From: Monocercomonoides exilis PA203
Taxonomy: Eukaryota > Protista > Preaxostyla
DNA: 64,000 nt
NCBI GenBank assembly: GCA_001643675.2
Contig: LSRY02000037.1
Location: 186,001-250,000, forward strand
Direction of reading: 5' to 3'
Each line of letters begins with the position of its first letter. Within the stretch, counting starts at the first letter, position 1. The notes below the pieces were generated by a model. That model did not search any database. It saw only the letters and a list, made by a program, of their open reading frames with translations, and was not told the origin of the DNA. The translations under genes were made by a program, and so were the position numbers. This document shows positions 34,701 through 57,800 of this stretch, one piece after another.

Positions 34701-36976
34701 ATGAGATAGAGATAAGCCAATTGGTGTGCGAGAATATTAGCGTTGGGTTGATTTCCTCAGTCATTGCCTGTGATAGGTTGAAAGACAGCTTTGTGAAGAT
34801 TGAGAACAGCTCGTTTGTGTCATGTTCATCATCTGCTGAAAGAGGAAGTTTGGTGATGATGAGCGCCTGCCGAAATGTGTCAATGAATTTGTGCAGGTTT
34901 GGAGTGAATATGCAATCCTTTGATGAAACTGTGAATGATGAAGGAGAAGATATATGTGAATGGGATGGATCACTTGTTGATATGAAGGGCACAGTTGCAA
35001 GCATGAAAGACACAACCATAGAGAATTCAAGTGAAGGAGGTTTGTCTATTTCAGGAGGGCAGGTTATGATTGAAGAAGGAAGGTTCATGAACAACAATCC
35101 AGTGATAGGGAAATATCCATCGATTCGAAGGAACATTGTTTGCAGCGATGATGCGACAGTGAATGTTGTGAGCCTGAAGGGCGGAGATGGAGCGAAAGAA
35201 AACAGCTCGTTGTGGATGCTGAACAAGGGGTGCAAGGCGGAAGGGATGCTGGAAGGGCTGAAGTCTGTGCTGTTTATTCCTGTTCTGGATTCAGTGAGCA
35301 TGGCAGAGGAAGGGGCTGTGATGAGTCTGAGCTTCCGAGGGGCGCTTTTCATTCCGTGCAAGCTGGGGTTTGAGATAGTGGCAAGAATGGGAAGCACAAA
35401 GCTGATCGAGAAGTGGGAGTTTTCGGAGGGCGATTTTGCATCAGAAACAGAAGTGCACTCGTCGATTTCGTCTGCGATGGTCACTTCTTCACCCGATGAG
35501 TCGGAAGTGGCAGCAGCGATCATATTTGGAGAAAAGAATGCAGAAACGGATCTGTTCGTTCTGAAGAACAGAAGTGAACCTCAAACAAGGGGAGATGGAA
35601 AACTTGTTGAAGGAGGAAAAGAAGGGAAATCGTTTTGGCCAATCATTGTAATTGTTCTTGTTGTTATTTTACTGATTGTTCTTATTGTTGCAGTTGCATT
35701 TATTGTTCGATGGAGGAAAGCAAAGAATGAAGCTGAAGATCTGAGAGAGATTGTGAATGATAATATCAGAAAAGATCCGAAGGCATTTGAGATGGTGACA
35801 ATGGAGATGTCACCTGAGGAGCAGTGGAGGAGAGCTGAGAGAGAGGCAGAGAAGAAGAATGAAGAGAGGATAAAGAAGAGGGTGTATGAGAAAAGCTTGG
35901 GACACTCGGAGTCATCTGAGCATCTTCTGTCCGAGAGTGGCTCAACTGAATATATTTTGGGAAGAGATTCAGACAAGATCCCCGAATGGGTGCTGGAGAA
36001 GGTTGATGATGAGGAAGAGACAAGAAAGAGAACACCATCACCATCCATCTCATCCACCTCAACCAGTTCAACGACTGATTCGGATTCAACATTTGTTCGA
36101 TCAGAGTGTCTGTGTCCAACCACCTCATCGATGTCGAATCTGGTGGATGCAATGGCCTGCTCATCTCCACATGAAAAGCTGATTGTGGATCTGAGGGATT
36201 CGCTGTTCATGCTGCTTCATGGAAGGAACGAGAAGAAAGAGATGGCGATAGGCACACTGGAGGAGCGGGAGGTGACAGCTGCTCAGATCATGTTCTGGGT
36301 GGCGAACGGGGTGCTTCATTGCTTTGACGAGCTCAAAGTGGCGCTTCAATCGCTGGATGGCCTGAGCCCGCACATTGTGCTGTTCTCAGAGCACATGGTG
36401 ATCTGCATTGCGATGCACTCAGACTGCTCGACAGACTCGGATTCATCGTCCATCTCATCATCAAGGACTGTTGTGACATCTGCCAGTGATGATGAGGAGG
36501 ACTCTCTGCCCTCGTCAGCATTTGAGGATGAGGACGAATTCAAAAAAGAGTGCCTTCGGTGGAAGGCGCCGGAGCTGGTGAGTGGAGCGAAGAAGCATGC
36601 GACGAAGAAGACAGTGGTGTTTTCGATTGGGATGATGGTGTGGGAGTGTGTGACGCTGAAGATGCCGTTTGGGGAGTATGACGGGTCGGGGGCAGGGGAG
36701 CTGATTGTTGAAGGGGCGAGGCCAAGCATGGAGATGATGGAGGGGTCGAGGCTGTCGGGATGTGTGAAGGAGTGTGTACTGCAGAAGGGCAGGGAGCGGC
36801 CAGAGCTGGGGAGGCTGAAGCGAGAGTTTTTTGGGTATTTCCCATCGGGAGCAACGATGGTGACAGCGACAGACGCGATTGGGCTGTATGAGGGGAGCGA
36901 TGTGTTCTATGGAAGTGGGGGTATTTGCAGCAGCAGCTGCGACAGCGGCAGCACATGCACAGAAATGGGAGGATGA
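28742..36976 (+). pseudogene. 3' part (2744 aa) of the interrupted giant receptor-like protein: beta-helix/Cys-module ectodomain, TM helix, cytoplasmic degenerate kinase
   Basis: In frame with the 5' part once the element is removed (ESLN|GREW); TM FWPIIVIVLVVILLIVLIVAVAFIV followed by RWRK; kinase C-lobe motifs RWKAPEL, VFSIGMMVWE. Confidence 0.85.
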
Positions 36977-37492
36977 TAAGCGTTGGGGCTTCTGAAAGAC
37001 GGTGATGAAAAGCAGAGGAAGGAGAAATGAAGATGAGAATATTCTTTGATTGGTGTTTGGTGAATGAGTGGCGAAGGAGGGTGAAGGATTTGAAGGGATG
37101 GGATGGATGATTATTTGGGAGGCAGGAGAATGGAGCTGTGGCGGAACATTGGACGAGAGGGAGGAGCCACAGGGGTGGGAAAAGTTTGTTGGGAGCGACT
37201 TCTGAGCAGCTGATGTGAAAGAGTGGTTGTTTCTTCCATTTTATTTTGTTTTTCAATTTTTATTTTTTTATTTTTATTTTTATTTTTATTTTTATTTTTT
37301 ATTTTTTAATTTTTTTTTTTGGAAATTACTCACCTCATGAACTTTTGGAGGCTATGCCCTATTTTCTGTTAGGTTTCAAATGATCTGTCAATTCTGATAT
37401 TTTTTTGTATTTGGGATGTTTTAATGAACCAGCGATTCGGAAATGAATATTGTTGGATGAAGAAAACTTTCAGGATCAAAGCATTGAGTGAT
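36348..37492 (+). repeat. Direct repeat copy 2 (matches 1-1134)
   Basis: Near identity in the coding tail and 3' flank. Confidence 0.9.
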
Positions 37493-38005
37493 TGCCGAAG
37501 AGCAAAACACTCAATTCTTGAGGATTTACACGCTTCTCCACAGCATTTCCATTTGTGGAGCAAAAAACACAAATTCGTGTTTTCAGAAACACGTGATTTT
37601 TGGAAAAACACAGGGTGCATATTTCATCTTGACCACAAAAATATATCTCTACTCTTTTTTTTTTTTTAGAAACTTTTTTCTGTTTTTTTTTTATTTGCGA
37701 AAAGGCTTGAAACAACAAATAAATTAATAACTAATAAATTATTAGTGTTAAGCCATTTGAATAAAACACCGAGAAAGTCAAAAATAGAATAAAATTAAAT
37801 AAAAATTAAAATAAAAATACAGCTATGAGCAGATGACAAATTGATAGATGCAAAATTGTTGAAAAGAAAGGTTGATTGTCCAGTTTTTCGTTTATATCGT
37901 TTTTGTGTGAAAACTTTTCAATTTCTTCAATTTAAAAATGGATAGTGTTAAAAATTTTTCAATATTACATTTGAAAACCATTATTCCACATTTCAATATC
38001 TTTCT

Positions 38006-48227
<10,222 letters not shown>

Positions 48228-48450
48228 ATCAAATTATCACAGCAGATAAATATTGATAATAACAACATAAAGGGGAACGATCAATTAATTAAAATTGAAT
48301 ATTGAACTGAAAATGATTGCATTTGTTGTATTGTTGCTTATATATTCATATTGTTATAATATCCTGTTCACACAAAAAACCCAAAAGATTGACAACCCCA
48401 TAATATATTATTGTTGTTTTAGAGACAAATATTAGTTGTTAATTAATAAA

Positions 48451-49555
48451 ATGGATTACGTTTGTAACAAAATATTTCAGAAACTTTGATACATTTATAT
48501 GAATTCAATTAATTTTATAAATTTGAATCGAATATTATTGTTGTTAATTAATTTTTAGGATTATATATTCAAAATCTTGCTTATTGGTGATAGCGGAGTT
48601 GGAAAGTCAAGCGTGCTTCTGAGATTTGTTGTATGTATCGTATAATTTTAGAAATTAATGATCATTATTTATTTCTGAATGATTTTTGTATTTTTAGGAT
48701 GATGTCTTTTCTGATTCTTATGTTGCTTCAATCGGCGTTGACTTTGTATGTGAAATTTGTTTTTGTTTTTGCATTCAAGTTTTTTGATGTTTTGAAAATC
48801 ATTTTTTTTAACAATCAAAGAGAGTGCGAACAGTCAAAGTTGGTGATAAAATTGTGAAGCTTCATCTGGTTTGCAATAATTAATTGATAATTTGCGTTAT
48901 CCTAATTTTTTTGTTTTTATTCTTTTGTTAGTGGGATACTGCTGGCCAAGAACGTTTCAGATCAATAATTACGCAATTTTATCGTGGTTCAAGAGGAATA
49001 TTTGTGATGTACGACGTAACAAACAGAGACTCTTTCAACTCTGTGCAAATGTGGTTGAAAGACATTGAAAATTTTACAACAGAAGATCCTGTGCGTTTGC
49101 TTATTGGAAACAAAGCAGATTTGGCTTCTCGAAGAGTGATTCCGTTTCAGCTTGGAAAAGTGTGAAATTTTTTTCAATTCAAAGAAAATAATTTGAAATC
49201 ATTGTTTTTTTTGTAGCAACTTGCTGAAACTGTTGGAATGCCGTTCATTGAGACGTCTGCAAAATCTTCTCAGAATGTTGATGCTGCTTTTCAGATGTTT
49301 GGATATTTTATTAAAAATTTTTAAATAAGAGATTTATTTTTTTTTTAATGCATTTATGAACAAATGTGTAATTATTGTCATTCTTTAATCATCATGACTG
49401 TCATTCAATAAAATGCAATATTGTTCAATAGAATGGTGGATTGTTTGCTGGGCAGATTTGAAGATGTGTCCCACAACGAAATAGATGATAAACCTTTGCC
49501 TCCCGTTCCTGTTGACCCAACAGTTAAACGCAAGCTTTCCTGCCCTTGCAGTTAA
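48451..49555 (+). CDS. Rab family small GTPase (Rab1-like), 7 exons; missed by the ORF track
   Basis: Spliced translation DYIFKILLIGDSGVGKSS, IGVDF, WDTAGQERF, GNKAD, ETSAK and C-terminal CPCS prenylation motif; six GT-AG introns in consistent phase. Confidence 0.92.
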
Positions 49556-49713
49556 ACGCCTGTTAATCTCTTGTTTCTGAATGCTATTTCTGCTTCGACT
49601 TCTGCTTCTGCTTTTGTTGCTGTGTTCTTGAATGAGCATATGCTTCACCAACTTATTCTTCTATTTGCTGAATATCCGGAATCTGCATAAAGCTGTTCTC
49701 ATTATTCAATTGC

Positions 49714-49865
49714 TTTCTCTCTCTTTCTCTCTTTTTCTTTCTTTCTTTCTTTCTCTTTCTTTCTTTCTCTTTCTTTCTTTCTCTTTCTTTCTTTCTTTCT
49801 TTCTTTCTTCTCTCTTCTCTCTTCTCTCTTCTCTCTTCTCTCTTCTCTCTCTTCTTTTTCTCTTC
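49714..49865. repeat. Pyrimidine microsatellite (TTTC/TCTCTTC)n
   Basis: Direct inspection. Confidence 0.75.
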
Positions 49866-50679
49866 AAATGACTCATCCACAATCTCAAAGTCTGTTAAAT
49901 ATGAAGTCCTTGTCTTAGACCTTTCGACAAAAGACTTGAAGAGTCAAAAGTATTCACTCGTTTATTAATTGTTGAGCTTTTTCATTCAATTTTTGGTTTT
50001 TTTGTATGTTTTGTGTTGTTTCTAATTTTCTATTTGAAATATTTATGGCTATTACCTTTTTATTATTGTTTAGCATTTTTTTTTCGAAGTTTTTATTTGT
50101 TTTTTATTGTGAATGTTTGTTTTTTAAATCATCAAATGATTTGATTGTTCATTCTTGTTGTATTCTTACTTGCCCTCACATTTCGCCGAGAGATTATTGC
50201 CTTTGTAAATAAGTGTAATATTTGTTTGTTTGTCTTTTTCGGATTATGTATGTTAAAAGAATACATAAAGCAAAAATTACTTTTTGTGTTTTCTTTGTTG
50301 CAAAATGTGAAAATAAAAAAGGATACGACAGATGAAATTTTTCATAACTTCATATCGTGAGCATGATTTAATGTGTTAAATATTTGTTTGTCAAAATGAT
50401 TTTGAAAAGCACATGAAAAAAAAAATTTGTTCAAACTGAATGTGGGATTATCAAAAAGTGATTATATCTCGAGCCAGTTTTTCAAGGAATTTAAAAGATA
50501 TTTCATTGAAAATAGAATTCTTTTTGAAACTGTGGGTTCTCTATGTAAACCAATTCGGTTAAAAAAAATTATAATAAAAATGTGAGAATTATGATATGTC
50601 AAATTCAACAGACGTCAAAAATGTGAATGATATTTGCATTCATTACAATCAAACATTTTGTCATTTGTTCCATTCAAGT

Positions 50680-50710
<31 letters not shown>

Positions 50711-52787
50711 TTATCATTAAATATTTTTGAAAACAGATATTAATTTTTCGAATATCATTCAATTTTGTCACATAAATAACTTGTTCAAAAATAAGAGACA
50801 ATCAATTGTAAAAAAGAAGCAACTTCACAAATGTTAATCTTTTCGAATTTGTTTCCATCAAAAGAACTGTATTTGAAAAAAAGTTATTAATCAATATTGA
50901 AGAGAATCACTTCATGGATTCGCTATTCTTTTTGAAAAGTCGCGAATGCAAATTTCTCAAGTTTTATTGATATTTTCCATTTTTTCAACAATTTTTTTAA
51001 TTGATCTGTTAAATTTGAAGGGAATGAAAATAATTACACCATTCAGATTATTTTTTATTTTCTCAATTTGTTTATTGTGACATTTGACATATCGGTTGGA
51101 AGAATTCATGAAAAAATGCAAATAATTAACAAACCTTTAAACTAAACATTTGAAACTTTTCAAAAAGAATAACTCATATGTGAGATAATATTTGAAATGA
51201 ATGAATTTTTCTGATATCATGACTTTTTTTCGGAGTGTTGAACATTCCAAGGTTTTTGATCATTTGTTTCATAATATTCATCCAAATGTTGAATTCATCA
51301 AAATAACTGCAAAAGCTAAAGATGGATATGAAAAAATAACCGAGGAATAATTGAATAACTGTAACTCTTTTCAGTATCCATTAATTCATATTCAAAATAG
51401 CATTAAAACCAGAATTTTTTGAAAACACAAATATGATTTCTAAAACGACCACACAATTCAATAAATGATTGAAATAATAAATTGTAACAATGTGAAAATT
51501 CTTTGAAATTACATGAGGATTCAAAAATAGGTTGTTTAATATTTATAAGACTGCAATTTTGTCGTTAACGAATTTTTATTTAAAAAAATTTCCCTCAAGT
51601 TAATAATTCGAATAAAACAACAAATTTATTTTTCAAGAAAAATATCTGAAAATTTTCAAATGTCGATATTTTTTCGAAAAGTTCCTTTTATTTAATCTGT
51701 GAATATAATAAAATTTCATATTTTTATCAAATTTCTGTTCACACGTTCGAAAATACACAAAAATGGAAATAATAACATCGTTTGTGTTCTTTTTCCATTT
51801 CGGTGAAATTTGGTGAGTCGGAACAGAAAATTGATGAATTTATGAAATTTTAATTTTTATTGAAAATTAAACAAAAGGATCTTTTCAAAAAAATTTAAAC
51901 AAATAAAATGTAAAGATAAGCACGTAATATTGCATGTTGCAAAATATTTCACTTCATGCATTTTCATAGAAAATTTATTCACTTTTGATTAACTTTTTGA
52001 GATCAAAAAACATAATAAAAATGGATCCATTTTTTGACTTTCGTGAAATCTTGGAAAACTTGATGTTTTGCAGTCAATGATGCCTGTTTCCGGATATGAA
52101 AATCATATTTATTTCGAAATCTGAGAAAGTTAAATAAAGAAATGAGCGAAACGGTTTTAAATGCTTTGTGCAAAAAACGCTTGTAAATCTGTATTTGTTC
52201 TCACATTTTCATTTAATTAACTTTCAATGCAAATTATTTCTTTTTCAGTTAAATGAATGAAAAAATGAATTTTTGTGAAATTTGTTTTGTCTTCAATCTT
52301 CATACATGTGCAACTGACATAGATGATGGATTTTTGCAAAATAAAATCAAAATTTTTCTTTGTTCAAAAAAAATATTGTGATTATTAAAACAAAACAGGA
52401 AACAGAAACAATTCATTCATCAATCGAAACATTCACACTCATATTTATTAAATCGGTTTCAGCTTTTTTAATTTCAATTTCTTTTATTTTGAAATGCAGA
52501 TCACGAAACATCTGTGTTTAGCCATATTTTCTTTTCTTTCTTTCTTTCTTTTCTTTTTTTTTTTTTTTGACGAACTAGTTTTTTTTTTGTGCATTTCTTT
52601 ATTTTTAATTTTTTTGAAACAGAAAATAAATCTTAAAGCTTCTTCATTCAAAGGTTTTAAGGAATTTACGAGAAAAAAACAAATAGAAGTTCAAGGATTT
52701 AATGTTTGTCACTGAGAAAAAATATTTATGAAAAATCATTATTAATGGAGCATTGATCTTAATTGATCAAATTTGTTTTGTTGAGAA

Positions 52788-54384
52788 ATGAAGGTTTGAG
52801 ACATATTCATATAATAAGTACTTATTGCTTCGCTTTTTAAAATAACTTTTTATAACAAAATTTTCATCGTTGAAAACATTAGCTGAATATTTCGTACCCA
52901 GCCACTGGGCAGCAAAAGTTGATTGAGATCAACGATGAACAGAAGATGTTTGTTGTATTCATTGAAGATTTTTGATATTTGAGTTTTATTGCGTTTTTCC
53001 TATATGCAACGTTTAGCCATATCTTCATGGAAAAGCAGATGGGCCAGGAAGTTGATGGAAGTGCTTTGGGCGAAGAATTCAAAGGATACATTTTCAAGAT
53101 CTCTGGCGGAAACGACAAACAGGGATTCCCAATGAAACAGGGTATTTTGAGCGCAAACCGTGTTCGCATCATCCTCAAGAAAGGTATTGATTTTTACATA
53201 AATTTCATTTCAAACTGTTTTTATGCAATCTGTAATGAATTTTTTCCCAACGATAAGGTGATAAATGCTTCCGTGAACGTAGAGAAGGAGAGAGAAAGAG
53301 AAAATCAGTTCGTGGATGCATTGTGTCCAATGATATTTGCGTTTTGGATTTAGTGATCACAAAGAAAGGACCAAAGGATATTGAAGGAATCACAGATAAG
53401 CCAAGGCCCAGACGTCTCGGACCAAAAAGAGCTGGAAACATCCGTAAACTTTTCGGATTGCCAAAGACAGCTGATGTGAGGAAATATGTTATCCGTAGGA
53501 AGTTGCCAAAGGGAGGATCAAAGGCACCAAAGATCCAAAGACTCATCACTCCACTTCGCATTGCACGTAAGAAGTATCTCGCAAAGAAGAAGATTGCATC
53601 AGCAAAGAAGACAACAAAGGAGCTGCTTGCATACAAGAAGATGCTTCTTGAGAAGAGAAACGAGAAGAAGAAGGAGGCCATTGAGAAGGCAAGAAAGAAG
53701 TTGCAACTGAAGAAATTGAAGGAGAAGAAAGAAGCCAAAAAGAGATGGCTGAAGAAAATTGCCAACATCGAAAAGAAGACAGGAAAGAAATACGTTGTTG
53801 CTCCAAAGAAGCCAAAGACAAAGAAAGTTGAGGTTGTCCAAAAAGTTGATACAAAGAAATACGACATTGACAATGTTGATAAATCACACAAAGCCGCTCC
53901 ATTGCCAGCAATCTTGCTTGCTGAGCTCGACAAGAAATCAGGGAAGAAATCAAAAGCAACAAAGGGATCTGCAAAGACTGCCACAAAAGCCCCAGCAAAG
54001 ACAGTTGCTCCAGCAAAGAAGGCAACAAAGGAAACACCAAAAACTGTTACAAAAGCAACAAAAGTTGAGAAGAAAGTTGCGACCAAAGAAGCACCAAAGG
54101 CAGCAGCAGCTAAAGCCACAAAAGCAACAAAACCAGCAAAAGAAGCTAAGCCAGCTAAGCCAGCTAAAGTTGCAAAGGAAGCACCAAAAGCAGCTCAAAA
54201 GACAGCTCAAAAACCTGCACCAAAAGCCAAACAAGCACCAGCACCATCAAAATCTGCAGCTAAGCCAGCACAAAAGGCAACTCCCAAGGCAACTCCCAAA
54301 TCAACTCCAAAGGCTGCCCAAAAGCCTGCACCGAAGGCTTCTGGAAAGACTGCAGCAAAAACTGCATCGAAAAAGAAGCAGTAA
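52788..54384 (+). CDS. RPS6: 40S ribosomal protein S6 (eS6) with a long Lys/Ala/Pro-rich C-terminal extension; 4 exons (52788-52793, 52883-52947, 53017-53183, 53258-54384), 454 aa
   Basis: [84 protein letters not shown]. Confidence 0.95.
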
Positions 54385-54842
54385 AAAATGATTAAGATGT
54401 GTGTGTATGTGTATATGTTTCGATTGAAGGTATTTTTGAACATTTCTTTCACCTCAAACTCAACAAACTAAGCCTTTTGATTTTAAGCAAATCAAATGGA
54501 AAAAACAAATCAAAAAAAAAAAAAAAATTTTTTTTCCCCCCTTTTTTCTTCCCTTTGGATGAGCAAAGAGGCATTTGCAGTGTTTGTGCTGAAAGTGCTG
54601 TGAAGATTGTGAATGTGGGAGAAAACATAAAAAAAAAGATAAAAAAAAGATCGAATTCTTTCAATATAACATATGAACACAAAAACATACAAAACTCTAT
54701 GTTGTCATCACATAGTCAAAGAAGAGGTCGAAAAAGAAAGAAAGAAAGAAATATCCAAATCAATAAATAAATGCATAAAGAGAGATATAATTCAATAAAC
54801 ATTATTCTGTCATTCTCCAATCTCCAATCACAATTCCATTGT

Positions 54843-57800
54843 TCATTTATTCTTACCATTCAAGTTATGTCTTTGCAAACTCGAAGTGGAAGCAGAAAAA
54901 GCTGATCTGCGCAAAGAATTTGAATGAGAGGGGGAGGAGAATGACGATGTTGGTGTTGAGGGGAAAGAAGAAAAAGAAGAAGAAGAAGTCGAAGAAGAAA
55001 CAGAAGAATTCAAACTACTTCCCAATGAAGAAGCAGGTCTTTTCTTTGAAGCAGCAGCAGCAGAAGAAGAAGAAGCATTCCATCCATCTTCAGCTGGCTG
55101 AGCAGAAAAAGGGAATGATTCACCCACAATTGACAGAGAAAGATCAGTGTGCTCTTTGCCAATGGAGGAAAAGGGCCGTCGAATGAGATGAGGATTGGAA
55201 GGAGAACGAAGGGAGGAGGAGGGATAATTGGAAGGAGAAGAGGAAGAATGAGAAGGAGAAGAGGAGGAGGAAGAAGAAGATGAAGAATACGGATGTGGAC
55301 GTGAAGAAGAAGAAGAAGTAGAACGAGGAGGAGGAGGAGAACAAGGAGAAGAAGAGAAAGAAGAATTCATTTGAGAAGGCTGATGAAAGCGTGAAGGGAT
55401 GCGTATGAGCTGAGGTGAATACGAAGAAGGCAGCATGATGTGAGTGCGAAAGGAGGATGAAGTAACCTTTGGAGGAGGAGAAGAAAGAGAAGCTTTTTGA
55501 TATGAAGGGAAATCGAGATATGTTGGTGTGAATGAACGATATGGCGAAGAAGGAGAGGGAGAAAAAGAAGAAGAAAGAGAAGAAGGAGATGGAGAAGGAG
55601 AAGAGGCAAAGGATGAAGAAGAGCGAGAACGAGAACGAGAAGGAGATGGGGAAGGAGAAGATGCGATGATGATAGTTTTTCCGTATGCCGATGAATTTTT
55701 TGTGTTTTGTGAGTTGTTTTTGGCCTGTTTTGGAGCAGTTGAAGGACGCTGGTGAATTGGTGTGGATGGAGATGAAGTGTTTGAGGAAGTGCTTTGTGAG
55801 TGAGATGAGATGGAAGAAGAAGAAGAAGAAGAAGAGGAGGAGGAGGAGGAAGAAGAAGAAGTTGATGATGATGATGAAGTAATTACATTTTCCTTAACCA
55901 AAGAATCACTCGAACATTGTTTAATTGCTTCAGAACATTCATTTTCTGTTCCTTTATTTTGCATTTCATTCTTTTCTGCCTTCAGCTCATTCCCTTGTTT
56001 ATTCTCACATCCCAATTCAAGTGGCAATTCAGATGCGTTGCTTCTTTCGGAGGCAAAATGCATCGGAGAAATTGGAGAAGACGGAGGAGTAGGGGCACGA
56101 AGCTCAAGTTTTTTCGCCTTTTCGAAGGGAAGAGGAAGATGATTTTGTTGATTTTGTTGTTGTTCTTGTTGCAACTGCTGTTCATTGAGCTGTTGAAGAT
56201 TATCTGGAAGTTCTCTTACAAACAAATCATTTTCTGGAAGATTATTTTCTATAAAAGTTTTTTTCTGCATTTGTTTTTCTGTTTGTTGAGATTCAATGAT
56301 TGATGTGCTGGGAAACATATCATCATTGTCTTCGCTATATTCATCAGAAATATCTTCTTTGACTTCAATTTTTCCTTCTTTTTTAGCATTTCCTTTGTTT
56401 TCTTCTTCTCCCAATGTTAAAAGCGATTCATTGCTATTGCTGTTAGCACATTTCTGTTCAGTTTCAAACATTTGTGTTTTTAGCTTAATTGTACCATTTC
56501 CTTTTCTCTCTTTTTCTTCCTCTTCCTCTTCCTCTTCTTTTTCCTCATCCTCTCTTTTTTTCTCTTTCTCCTTCTCCTTCTTCTCCTCCTCTATTCCCTC
56601 CCCCTTTTCTTCTTTCTTCACATCTTTCTCTTTCTCTTTCTCTTTCTCTTTCTCTTTTTCTTCTTCCTCTTCCTCTTCTTCTCCTTTTCTTCCTTCTCTT
56701 TCTTCTTCTTCCAAATGAGGAGTAGGAGCCGATGACACAGTTGTATAGGCAGATGCTGTTGATTCTCTCAATTCGGGTGAAAGAGCAGGGCGGACAAGAG
56801 AAAGAGCAAGCATTTGAGGTGTGGAAGAGAAGGAGAGAGAAGCTGAAGATGGGCGAGAGGAGGAAGAAGAAGAAGAAGAAGGAGAAGAAGAAGGAGAAGA
56901 GGAAGAAGAAGAATCAGAAGGAAGAGTTTGACTCGTTTGAGTTGTGAGGAAGAAAGAAGGAACACTGTTGGAAGAAAAAGAAGAAGAAGAAGGAGAAGAA
57001 GAGGAAGAAGAAGAAGTTGATATTGTTATTGTTGTTGCAGTCTTTTCATTTGATTTTATTTCATCCTTTCTATTTTCTGTGTCTTTTTCATCAACTTCAT
57101 CTAAAATCCCCATCTTTCCATCATTTTCCCTATCATTTACTTTCTTATTCTCTTTCTCCTTCTCATTTTCCTTCGCTTTCTTCTTCGCTTTTCTCTCTTT
57201 TTCCTTTGTTTTTCGTGTCTTCACAAAAAAAACAGAAGAAGAAGACTCAAAAGAAGGTCTTAAACTCAAAAGAGAAGGAGGAAATGCTTCAGAATCTTGC
57301 AATGAAACATCAGAAGAATTGGAAGGGAAAGAAGAGAAGGAAGAAGAAGACAAAGAAGAAGAAGAAGGGGAAGAAGAAGGAGTGCGTACAGGAGGAATGG
57401 AAGAAGAAACAGAAGAAGAAGCAGAAGAAGAAGGCGAGAGAGAAAGAGATTTTTTTGAGAAAGAAAATGTGTTTTCAGTGAATGAAGGAGATGAGCCAAA
57501 GGGAGTTTGAGGCAGCTCATTTGCAGTTTGAAACCTGCTTTGCTCTTCTCCTCGTCTGTCACTGAAGAAATTGTTAGCACTTTTATTACTGTTAGTTCTG
57601 TTATTACTATTACTCGCATCACCCTCACCACCTCCTCCTCTTCCTTCTCCTTCTCCTCCATCACCTCCTTCTCCTCCTCCTCCTTCCCCTCTGAATTTCG
57701 GAGATTTCAGGTCACTCCCCCTTTGCGCTGTGGGAAACAGGCGGTGAATGGCGTGTGTGGGGATAGTCACAGGCGCCTGCGGAGTGAATGCCAAAGAAGA

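Noticed and set aside
50000-52700. Long AT-rich intergenic region
   Set aside because: No ORF, repeat or RNA structure that I could support
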